In this document: in pieces, positions 18,176-26,688 of the stretch | Layout: each line of letters begins with the position of its first letter | How positions within the stretch are numbered: the stretch's first letter is position 1 | Source: an archaeon | GTDB lineage: Archaea; Nanobdellota; Nanobdellia; SCGC-AAA011-G17; GW2011-AR17 | Direction of reading: 5' to 3' | Length of the DNA: 64,000 nt | NCBI GenBank assembly: GCA_018692925.1 | Contig: JABHLH010000019.1 | Location: 63,322-127,321 of the forward strand | The notes under the pieces: model-generated | What the model saw: only the letters and a program-made list of their open reading frames with translations | The model's database searches: none | What the model was told of the DNA's origin: nothing | Position numbers and translations under genes: made by a program

Positions 18176-19255
18176 ATGAATGTGATATCTAGAGCAGAAG
18201 AAAAAAGAGTTAATAAAAAAATTCAAGATGAAGTTCTATTAACAGAATTATCAAGTTATATTGAGAAAGTTCTAAAAAGAGAGATATTAGAAAATAATAG
18301 TGGACCTGATAAAAGATTATTTGTAAATTATATAAATTTAAGAAATATATCCAAAAATTTAAGAGTGGAATTATCAAGTTCTTTTGTAAGTTTAATCCCT
18401 AATAAAATCTGGGGAAGAGATTTTTTAATGTTATCTATAAGTCTTGATGTATATCATCATAATTTTGATAGAAAGGACCACTCTAATTGGGAAGAGATTT
18501 CTCAAAGCGCTATAAAAGAAGTGAAAAATATAAGAGTCAGAAATGATGAGGATTTAGGAACTAGTTTTAATTTTTTAGTTCCAATAAAAATAGGTAGAAA
18601 TAATATTGTTAATATAGAAGATGCAAAAAAAAGAGTAAGAAAGGAAGTTAGAAAAAAATTAATTAAAGTTTTTCAAATAATAAAATGTCACTTTAATGGA
18701 GGAGCTATCTCTATTGACGATATAAATAATAAGTTAGGTTTAAAATTAGAAGAGATATATAGTGATACAGTAAAAAGTAATATTTCCCCAAAAAGAAAAA
18801 TATCCAAAGTTATTGAAAGATTTGATCGTAGAGAAATTCATATAATTAATGGAGAATATGAGGGAGTTAAAGTTGCAATACAATTTAATCCAAAGGAATC
18901 ATTCCCAAAAATTAGAACAAAAAGATTCCCAAAAAGAGTTATGATAATGTGGGATATTGAATTCCATATGTTTATTGATCAAAATTTTAGAAGCTTACCT
19001 GAAAAATATAAAAGCCTTAATACTTGGTCAAGATTTGCTGATAGAATTAGAAAAAGCAAATTATTAAGCCTCTCACAGGTTGGAGACGGTGATTTAGTTG
19101 TGTACTGGAATTATCCTTTAGTAATTACTGTAAAAAATGAGTATGATCTAGGAATAAACTTGAAAATTTCAAAGCAAATGGATAACATGAGAAAGGATAC
19201 TTCAAAAAGACTTAAAGTAATAACTAAAACAATTAATACTATTTTTGGAAATTAA
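18176..19255 (+). CDS. hypothetical protein (359 aa)
   Basis: Long ORF. Own promoter with TTCTTTATCTTAGA plus a TATA box (18134-18160). No known motif. Confidence 0.4.
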   Translation: MNVISRAEEKRVNKKIQDEVLLTELSSYIEKVLKREILENNSGPDKRLFVNYINLRNISKNLRVELSSSFVSLIPNKIWGRDFLMLSISLDVYHHNFDRKDHSNWEEISQSAIKEVKNIRVRNDEDLGTSFNFLVPIKIGRNNIVNIEDAKKRVRKEVRKKLIKVFQIIKCHFNGGAISIDDINNKLGLKLEEIYSDTVKSNISPKRKISKVIERFDRREIHIINGEYEGVKVAIQFNPKESFPKIRTKRFPKRVMIMWDIEFHMFIDQNFRSLPEKYKSLNTWSRFADRIRKSKLLSLSQVGDGDLVVYWNYPLVITVKNEYDLGINLKISKQMDNMRKDTSKRLKVITKTINTIFGN

Positions 19256-19256
19256 T

Positions 19257-19284
19257 TTCTTTATCTTAGATAATTTTATAAATA
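19257..19284 (+). promoter_or_regulatory. promoter with conserved TTCTTTATCTTAGA element plus TATA box
   Basis: Second copy of the 14-mer, followed by TTTTATAAAT and then the ATG at 19306. Confidence 0.5.
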
Positions 19285-19305
19285 TGTTAAGTATCATAAT
19301 CAATA

Positions 19306-19995
19306 ATGGAAAAAAAGAGTGAGAAACAGAGATTTGGTACTCCACACCAAAGAGTTGAAAAAAAAGTGAAAAAAAGAAAATTAAACTTTCTAAATAAAAA
19401 TAAAGACCATAAGAAAGATCCTAAAAAAGATTCTAAAATAAAGGAGCATGGAAGTAATTTAAAAGTTCTTTTAACAAAATCAGCTATTCCAGTTATTGTT
19501 TTAATTGTATTAATTTTAGTACCAAATATTATTGGATTTGCAACTTATCAAAAAGTTAGTGATGAAGAAGTACAAACTGTAAATTATGCAGCTGAAGTTG
19601 AAACTCTTGAAGAAGAATTAGGAATCTTAAATACAAATATGACTACAGTTTCTGGAATAAATGGAGAATTAATAGATTTAGTTCAAAGTAGTACTGAAGA
19701 ATATACGACCTGTGTGCAAGATAAAAGTAGTTTACAAGTTAGTTATGATAATGTATATTCTGATTATCAAAGTTGTTTAAATGAACAAGCTAGTTTAAGT
19801 TCTGTTAGTGATGAAGTTGAAAGTTTAGAAGAAGATATGGAAGAATTACAAGAGAGTTTTGATAGTTTAGCTGAGAGTTCAGCAAATAATATTTGTTGTA
19901 AAAAGAAAGTAGATGATTCTAGTATTAGATATTATAATGTTGCAGGAAATGAAGTTGTTTGTTCTTCAAGCTCAGGAGAGAGCTTATCCTGTTAA
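19306..19995 (+). CDS. hypothetical membrane-anchored protein with coiled-coil and Cys-rich C-terminus
   Basis: Basic N-terminus, one TM (IPVIVLIVLILVPNIIGF), acidic coiled-coil, C-terminal Cys cluster. Same promoter motif as the gene at 18176. Confidence 0.4.
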   Translation: MEKKSEKQRFGTPHQRVEKKVKKRKLNFLNKNKDHKKDPKKDSKIKEHGSNLKVLLTKSAIPVIVLIVLILVPNIIGFATYQKVSDEEVQTVNYAAEVETLEEELGILNTNMTTVSGINGELIDLVQSSTEEYTTCVQDKSSLQVSYDNVYSDYQSCLNEQASLSSVSDEVESLEEDMEELQESFDSLAESSANNICCKKKVDDSSIRYYNVAGNEVVCSSSSGESLSC

Positions 19996-20073
19996 TTCAG
20001 ATTTTCCAGTGACATAAACTTTATATATTATGAACATTTTGTTGTGATTAACAAGTAGTTAAGGAGAATAAAA

Positions 20074-20892
20074 ATGACACAATACGATGAACATACATTA
20101 TATTTAACACAATTATTAAGACTAAGTTTACCATTAGATGTAGCAAAAAGAGTTTCTAGAGCTAAAAATAATATTGCAAACCTTGTTGGTGTAAATGCAG
20201 ATAATGGAGTAACAATTGTACAATACCATATGGATGACCAATCAGAAGTTTTAGGGACAACAGAATATGCAACAGATAAAACAAATGCAGCACTAACAGC
20301 TTGGAGAGAACAAGTACATAATTTTGCAAAAGGATTATCTTTAGATGCACCACAGTTTTTACCTTTAGCAGTTGGTTTAGACGAAAGAAAACTTTTAGAC
20401 TTAGAAGAAGCTTTAAAACTTAATATTGAATTAGTGGCTTTAGAAGACCCAAGAGATTTTGCAGACGCTTATCAAGAAGATTTAGATGAAGGGATTATTG
20501 GTGTTCCAGGAACAATTGCAATGATGGCTGTTGATTTGAAATATTTAAATGCAGCTGGAAGAGCAGGAGTTAGTGGAGAAAGTTTTGTTAGTCAAATTAG
20601 TAGAGATATGAGATTAGGTAAATATGAACATGTTAAAGCTTTATCACCAACTAGTACCTTGAGAACAGTTTTACCAGGAGAGGCAAGAAAAAATCAAGAG
20701 TTTGTTCTTTTTGGACCGAATGCTTATTGTACACCTTTAAGTAAAGGATATGGACCAAGAGGAGATGATGATAGACCTATAGGTGCAAAAGTAATTGGAC
20801 ATAGTATTGATATTACAGCTGGATTTGTAACTCCTGTTAATCTAGGTCAAGGTTATAACAAGGCACCAATGTTTCCTTTTGATAGAAGGTAA
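20074..20892 (+). CDS. hypothetical protein (272 aa), Lys-poor compared with neighbours
   Basis: SD AAGGAG 8 nt upstream. Composition is A/G/L-rich with about 5% Lys. No motif recognised. Confidence 0.4.
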   Translation: MTQYDEHTLYLTQLLRLSLPLDVAKRVSRAKNNIANLVGVNADNGVTIVQYHMDDQSEVLGTTEYATDKTNAALTAWREQVHNFAKGLSLDAPQFLPLAVGLDERKLLDLEEALKLNIELVALEDPRDFADAYQEDLDEGIIGVPGTIAMMAVDLKYLNAAGRAGVSGESFVSQISRDMRLGKYEHVKALSPTSTLRTVLPGEARKNQEFVLFGPNAYCTPLSKGYGPRGDDDRPIGAKVIGHSIDITAGFVTPVNLGQGYNKAPMFPFDRR

Positions 20893-20908
20893 ATAAATTT
20901 TTATTTTT

Positions 20909-22945
20909 TTATTCAAATTTAACTAAAGTTTTTTCTGGAAAATTAAGAATAGCTTCAAGATTATTTTCACCCTTTGGCACATAATTTATAGTTCCACCAT
21001 GATCACCAATAACTCTTCTAATAATAATCTTTCCGCCTCTTTCAGTTTCAGCATCAGAATTTAAATCGTCAATTACTGTTTGTGGAGGAAGATCACAAGT
21101 ATTACCTAAAACAACTTTAAATCCTTCATCCATTTTTTCAGCCTGAACATAAATTTTTGGTGAACTATAATCAAGTGTTGCTTTTAATCCATTACCTAAT
21201 AAGTTTGCAAATAATAATCCAATATTTTCTCTATGTCCTCTCATAGTTAAATCTGAAGAGATAGCTAATTCCAAATTAATTTGAGAAGCTTGACCAGGGA
21301 AGTTAGTTCTAAATTCATCTAAAACAAGATCTCTTAAAGAAAATTCAGCCCAAGATTCAGTAGCATATTCTTTCATCCATCTTCTCATAATCTTGTCATA
21401 ATCTTTACAAGTTCCAAGCAATAAATTTAAACCAGTTTGAAAATCGGAAATAATTGTTTTTGTTTCATCAGTTAAAATCGGAAGAGTTGATAATTCTCCA
21501 TTAAGGAAGTTGATACCATCTTCTACATCTAAATAAGAATAAGAAGGAGGTCCACCTCTTCGTCTTCTTCTAACTCTTTTCTTTTTTTCTCCAGGATTAA
21601 ATCCTTTCCTTAATTCTTCATAAGATGGAGCTCTACCAAAGAGCCTAGTTAGATCTAATTGAATTTTTTCTGGATGTTCTAAATTGTAATTAGTAATTGC
21701 AGCTTCAGCAGAATTATGAATTAATCCTAATACAGGTAATGCAAGAGAATAACCTTGAGCAACAAGTTCAATTCCAAAATAGTTTGCAGCATGATGAAAC
21801 CTTGCATGAAGTTCTTTTTCTATTGAATCCATTTGTCGAATAGTATTTGCAGCTTCAACTGTTTTATTTTTGAAAGCCTGTTCTGCAGCTTCTTTTCCAA
21901 GCTCTGCTTCTTTAATTCCTTCTGAAACAACATCTAAAGATTTTTTATCTGCACCAAATAAACCAACTATTTGAATAATACCCTGCCTCCACCATTTTCT
22001 TGCAGCACTTGGTTCTTCCCAAGTAAAATCATAAACACTTGTAAAAGAAGGTGTATCTAAACCAAAAATAGTTCCTTCTCTAAAAATGGATAAGTTTTGA
22101 GTTAAAGCGACATAAGATAAATCCCTTTTTGTTAAAGATTCAAGTGAAGCAATAGGAAGTTGTCTTTTATTAAATCTATTAGGGTTCCCTTGAACAATTT
22201 CACCTTCAGGAATAATTAATCTTGGTCGTTCTTTTGTTTCTTCTAATTGAATTTCTTTTATAACTCTAAACATAGGGTGTTGAATTTCAAGATAAGATAA
22301 ATTAGTTTCATCAATACCAACTCTTGTTGCTAATAATTCATCAGTCTCGCTTCTATAAAAATCATCTCCTCTTCTCTCAAAATCAATTCCTAATTCTCTA
22401 AAAACATTTTCAACTTTTTGATCAAGCATTCTAATGTTTGAGAAAATATCTGTATTACAAACAACACCAACACCATGGTAATATCCAACAGAAGTTAATG
22501 GAGCTAAAAGATATTTATTTGAAGCTAAACCAATATTGTAATGTAAAATTCTTGCTTCTCCTCCTTCTTTAGGTAAGTGATTAACAATTATTCTAGAATC
22601 AATATTTAATTTTGGATTCATACCTGTTTCAGATTGATCAAAGATAAAATAAGGAGATTGTAAAAGTCTTGAAGCCATAGCTGCTTGATCATATTTATCT
22701 TTTCCAATGTATGAACCAATTTGTAAAAAATCTCCAGGTGTTGCCTCTGTGTGTTGCATAACAAAATGAGACATATCTAAAAAATCTTGATGAGAAATTA
22801 AATTTACTTTGTATAATTCTTCTAAAGTTTGACCACCTTGTTCAAGATAGGTTTGATAAACTTCAGGATAGTTTTCCATTAAATAGTGAACTTGTATTCT
22901 TTTTGAAATAGATCCTAATTCTTTCCCTTCTAATCTAAACGCCAT
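20909..22945 (-). CDS. large protein with C-terminal degenerate GHKL/HATPase_c-like domain
   Basis: The C-terminal 120 aa read as HATPase_c: N-box LLFANLLGNGLKAT, a G1-like VVLGNTCD, and a G2-like ERGGKIIIRRVIGDHGGTINY...NFP. The 550-aa N-terminal region is unrecognised. An R-rich stretch KKKRVRRRRRGG is present. Confidence 0.4.
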   Translation of the reverse strand: MAFRLEGKELGSISKRIQVHYLMENYPEVYQTYLEQGGQTLEELYKVNLISHQDFLDMSHFVMQHTEATPGDFLQIGSYIGKDKYDQAAMASRLLQSPYFIFDQSETGMNPKLNIDSRIIVNHLPKEGGEARILHYNIGLASNKYLLAPLTSVGYYHGVGVVCNTDIFSNIRMLDQKVENVFRELGIDFERRGDDFYRSETDELLATRVGIDETNLSYLEIQHPMFRVIKEIQLEETKERPRLIIPEGEIVQGNPNRFNKRQLPIASLESLTKRDLSYVALTQNLSIFREGTIFGLDTPSFTSVYDFTWEEPSAARKWWRQGIIQIVGLFGADKKSLDVVSEGIKEAELGKEAAEQAFKNKTVEAANTIRQMDSIEKELHARFHHAANYFGIELVAQGYSLALPVLGLIHNSAEAAITNYNLEHPEKIQLDLTRLFGRAPSYEELRKGFNPGEKKKRVRRRRRGGPPSYSYLDVEDGINFLNGELSTLPILTDETKTIISDFQTGLNLLLGTCKDYDKIMRRWMKEYATESWAEFSLRDLVLDEFRTNFPGQASQINLELAISSDLTMRGHRENIGLLFANLLGNGLKATLDYSSPKIYVQAEKMDEGFKVVLGNTCDLPPQTVIDDLNSDAETERGGKIIIRRVIGDHGGTINYVPKGENNLEAILNFPEKTLVKFE

Positions 22946-23081
22946 AACTAATCAGTAACAACAAATGAATATATAAGCTTTTTGTCACTAAAAACATAGA
23001 ATTGGAGAATACACTTAGAATTTTAAAGAATTAAAAAGAATAAAAGAAAAGTTTATAATATTAAGTTCTTTAAAAACAAAT

Positions 23082-24584
23082 ATGTTAAAAGAGACTTTGT
23101 TTCCCTTCAAAATAATAAATGGAGTTGGAAAAAGATTATTAGATAACTATTGGTTGTCAAAAAAAGTTATTGAAAATGGTTCTCCGGCATTATTAGAAGA
23201 AATTTCTAAGCAAAAAGCATTCTATATTCATAAAAAAGCATTGAAAAATGTTTCTGCATATCAAAAATTTATAAGAGGAAAAAAATATAGTTTAATTGAA
23301 GATGTTCCTTTAACAGATAAAAAAAATTATGTTAAAAAATATTCTTATGAGTCAAGATGTGTAAATAATAAATTTCCAAAGAAAGGAATTATAGAAGAAT
23401 CATCTGGTTCTAGTGGAAAACCTACAAATTGGATAAGAGAAGTAGGAGAAGCAGAGTTATTATACAAAGCAGCAAAGTTTGAATTTTATTATACTTTTAA
23501 TGCAGATAAAAAAGATTATATTGTTTTGAGTGGATGGTCATCAGGACCATGGGCAACTGGATTAAAATTTTGTGAATTAATGGAACAGTATATGCTTGTA
23601 AAAAATACAACTGCAGATATTGATAACAATATTAGAACTTTAAAACAATTAGGAAAGAAATATAATTATTTGATTGCAGGATATCCTCCATTCTTGAAAA
23701 ATTTGTTTGATAGTAAAGAAATTAACTGGAAACAATATAAAATTGATATAATTACAGGTGGAGAATCAACTACATTAGAATGGAAAAAATATATTAGAAA
23801 ACAATTAGGAAACAAAAATGCAAAGATTATTTCTTCATATGGTGCTTCAGATATTGATATTGGGATTGGTTTTGAAACTCCATTTTCAGAATTTATTAGA
23901 GAATTAACAAATAAGAATCAAGTTTTGAATAAAAAATTATTTGGAACCGATCAAAACCCCATTTTATTCCAGTATAATCCCTTAATGCATTATATTGAAA
24001 ATAATAAAGTTGGAGACTTTTCAGTTACTTTGTTAGATCCTGAAGTAGCTTCACCGAAAGTAAAATATAATTTACATGATAGAGGAGGAGCAATATCTTA
24101 TAAAGATATCATTAAAGATTTAAATAAGTATGAAAGAAATAAATTGAAAACCTTTTTGAAGAAAAATAAAACTTTGAAATTACCTTTCTTGTATGTTTGT
24201 GGACGAGTAGATGGAACTATTTCAATTGGAGGGAATAATATTTATCCTCAACAAGTTGAAGAAGCAATCCATGCCTCAAAATTAGCTTCAAAAGTAAATA
24301 GGTTTATGATTGGAACTAGCCAAGATAAACATTTTAATGTTAAATTTGATGTACATGTAGAATTAAAGAAAGGAGTTAAAAAAACAAATCTTAAACCTTT
24401 CCTTGAAAAGATTATTTTGAAAAAATTATTAGAAGAGAATTTAGAGTTTAAAGAATATTATAGAAACCATAAAACTAATCAAGTTTATTTGAAACCAAAA
24501 GTTAGTTTGTATGATTTTAATAAAGAGCATATTTTTAAGAAACAAAATAAAAGTATAAAACAGAATTATATTCTTAAATCTTAA
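23082..24584 (+). CDS. adenylate-forming enzyme, PaaK/coenzyme F390 synthetase/GH3-like family
   Basis: P-loop-like ESSGSSGKPT matches the TSGTTGKP adenylation motif of PaaK-like ANL enzymes. Size is 500 aa. Confidence 0.55.
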   Translation: MLKETLFPFKIINGVGKRLLDNYWLSKKVIENGSPALLEEISKQKAFYIHKKALKNVSAYQKFIRGKKYSLIEDVPLTDKKNYVKKYSYESRCVNNKFPKKGIIEESSGSSGKPTNWIREVGEAELLYKAAKFEFYYTFNADKKDYIVLSGWSSGPWATGLKFCELMEQYMLVKNTTADIDNNIRTLKQLGKKYNYLIAGYPPFLKNLFDSKEINWKQYKIDIITGGESTTLEWKKYIRKQLGNKNAKIISSYGASDIDIGIGFETPFSEFIRELTNKNQVLNKKLFGTDQNPILFQYNPLMHYIENNKVGDFSVTLLDPEVASPKVKYNLHDRGGAISYKDIIKDLNKYERNKLKTFLKKNKTLKLPFLYVCGRVDGTISIGGNNIYPQQVEEAIHASKLASKVNRFMIGTSQDKHFNVKFDVHVELKKGVKKTNLKPFLEKIILKKLLEENLEFKEYYRNHKTNQVYLKPKVSLYDFNKEHIFKKQNKSIKQNYILKS

Positions 24585-25431
24585 GTGAAGTTTTTAAGAA
24601 AGAAAATATTTCTAAGCTTAAATCTCTAGGATTTTCTAAAGGTAATTGATGACCAGCATTAGCAAAGATCTTTAGTTTAGATTGAGGAATTAGTTTGTGT
24701 AAATCTTCAGACCATTTAATATCAATAATAAGGTCTTTTGCACCACCAATAATTAAAGTAGGAGTTTTTACAGATTTTAAAGAAGATAATATTTCATCAT
24801 GATTAAATTCAGAGAATTCTCTTGCACCATCTAAACAATAAAAAATAGTTTTTATTGAAGTATGATAAAATTCGTCAAATATTTGGAATAAGATATTTTC
24901 TTTTGGAAAAAACTTTAGTTGCATTTCATGAGGCCTAGGATAATTTTTATTATTAAGAAGGCCCCAATCTACAAGTTTTCTTAAAGGATAACATAACAAA
25001 GGAGATCTGTTCATTTCCCTATATTTTTTATAAGGATACTTATATGTTGATTCAACAAAAACTAAAGCTTTAGGTAATATATTCTTAAACAAAGAACAAT
25101 AAACAACCATTACACTGCCACCAAAACTGTGACCTACTAAAACATAATTATTAATTTTTTCTTTTTTTACAATCTCTCTAATATCTTTTGCAAAATTTTC
25201 TAATTTATAATAAGTAGAATCTTCAGGAACAGAAGATAAACCATGACCCCTCATATCTAAAACTAAAGATCCATAACCTTCCTTTCTAGCAAGATTTAAA
25301 CAATCTTCCCATTCACTCCAATTTCCACCTAAACCATGTAAATAAAGTAAAGTAGGTTTCTTTTTTTCTTTAGGAGTATGATAGTTATAAAGTAAAGTAA
25401 GACCATCCTTTGTCTTGATCTTTCGTTTCAT
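24574..25431 (-). CDS. alpha/beta-fold hydrolase
   Basis: HGLGGN oxyanion region and nucleophile elbow GHSFGG. Downstream Asp/His candidates (GGAKD, AGHQLP) are present. Confidence 0.7.
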   Translation of the reverse strand: MKRKIKTKDGLTLLYNYHTPKEKKKPTLLYLHGLGGNWSEWEDCLNLARKEGYGSLVLDMRGHGLSSVPEDSTYYKLENFAKDIREIVKKEKINNYVLVGHSFGGSVMVVYCSLFKNILPKALVFVESTYKYPYKKYREMNRSPLLCYPLRKLVDWGLLNNKNYPRPHEMQLKFFPKENILFQIFDEFYHTSIKTIFYCLDGAREFSEFNHDEILSSLKSVKTPTLIIGGAKDLIIDIKWSEDLHKLIPQSKLKIFANAGHQLPLENPRDLSLEIFSFLKTSLKI

Positions 25432-25494
25432 AATTCTGATAATAGAGGACTAAGTTTATAAAAGTTTTTAAGTGTTGGACCTTAGATTCTCTAA

Positions 25495-26688
25495 ATGTTA
25501 TTTGCACATTTGGCTGATTGCCATATCGGAGGTTGGAGAGAAGATAAATTAAAAGAGTTGAACATGCAATGTTTTAGAGAAGCTGTTAAATTAATTATTT
25601 TAAGGAATACAGATTTTGTTGCACTCTCAGGAGATTTATTTAATAGCGCTCTACCACAGATTGATTATATTAAAGAAGTTACTCAAGAATTAAAAAAGTT
25701 AAAAGATCAAAATATTCCTGTGTATATTGTTGCTGGTTCTCATGATTATTCTCCAAGTGGAAAAACTATGTTGGATGTTTTAGAGAAAGCTGGATTAATT
25801 GTGAATGCTATGCAGTTTGAAAATGAAAAATTAAAATTTGTTGTTGATGAAAAAACAGGTGTGAAGATTTCTGGTTATTTAGGTAAGAGAGGAGGATTAG
25901 AAATTAAGGATTATGATAATTTAGCATTTGAACATTTAGAAAATGAAGAAGGATATAAAATATTTTTATTTCATTCACTTATTGAAGAATTTAAGCCAAA
26001 AGGATTAGAAGGTGTGCAAGGTTTGAATTCAAATAAATTGCCAAAGAATTTTAATTATTATGCAGGAGGACACGTACATTATATTTTTCAGAAAGAAATG
26101 GAAAAAGGAGTTTTAACTTTTCCAGGAGCTTTGTTTCCAAATAATTTTAAAGAATTAGAAGAATGGAAATGTGGTGGAGTTTATTTTGTTGATGAGAATG
26201 TAAAGTGGGAATATGTTCCAATTAAATTAAAAGAAGTTGAATGTATAAGTGTTGAAGTTTCTGGTTTGAGTCCTGAAGAAGCAATTGTTAAAATTAAAAA
26301 TGAAGCGAAATTAAGGGAAGTTAGAGATAAAATTGTTACTTTGAGAATAAAAGGTGAAATTTTAGGTAAAGTTGGAGATATTGATTTTAAAGAAATTCTT
26401 GAAGAATTAAGTTCTGCTTACTTTGTTTTGAGGAATACTGCAAAATTAAGATCAAAAGTTCAAGAAGATATTAGTATGAAAGCAGGGAATGTTGAGGAGA
26501 TTGAAGAAGAAATAATCAATGAAGTTGAAAGTTCTGTGAAAATAAGTGAAAATGATATTGAGTTTACTAAACAATTGATGAAAGTTTTAGATAAGAATAA
26601 AGAAGAAGGTGAAAAAGTCTTAGATTATGAAAAGAGAGTTGTTGCTGATGCAGAAAAGGTGTTGAACATTGAAATTAAAGAAAATTAA
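25495..26688 (+). CDS. mre11: DNA double-strand break repair nuclease Mre11
   Basis: Phosphoesterase motifs FAHLADCHIG (I), SGDLFN (II), GSHD (III), GGHVH. Immediately upstream of rad50. Confidence 0.8.
   Translation: MLFAHLADCHIGGWREDKLKELNMQCFREAVKLIILRNTDFVALSGDLFNSALPQIDYIKEVTQELKKLKDQNIPVYIVAGSHDYSPSGKTMLDVLEKAGLIVNAMQFENEKLKFVVDEKTGVKISGYLGKRGGLEIKDYDNLAFEHLENEEGYKIFLFHSLIEEFKPKGLEGVQGLNSNKLPKNFNYYAGGHVHYIFQKEMEKGVLTFPGALFPNNFKELEEWKCGGVYFVDENVKWEYVPIKLKEVECISVEVSGLSPEEAIVKIKNEAKLREVRDKIVTLRIKGEILGKVGDIDFKEILEELSSAYFVLRNTAKLRSKVQEDISMKAGNVEEIEEEIINEVESSVKISENDIEFTKQLMKVLDKNKEEGEKVLDYEKRVVADAEKVLNIEIKEN

Noticed and set aside
20074-20892. Possibility that the 272-aa Lys-poor protein is an HK97-fold capsid/encapsulin, marking a provirus.
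   Set aside because: No portal, terminase, protease or integrase genes are nearby, and no convincing capsid motifs were seen by eye. Left as hypothetical.
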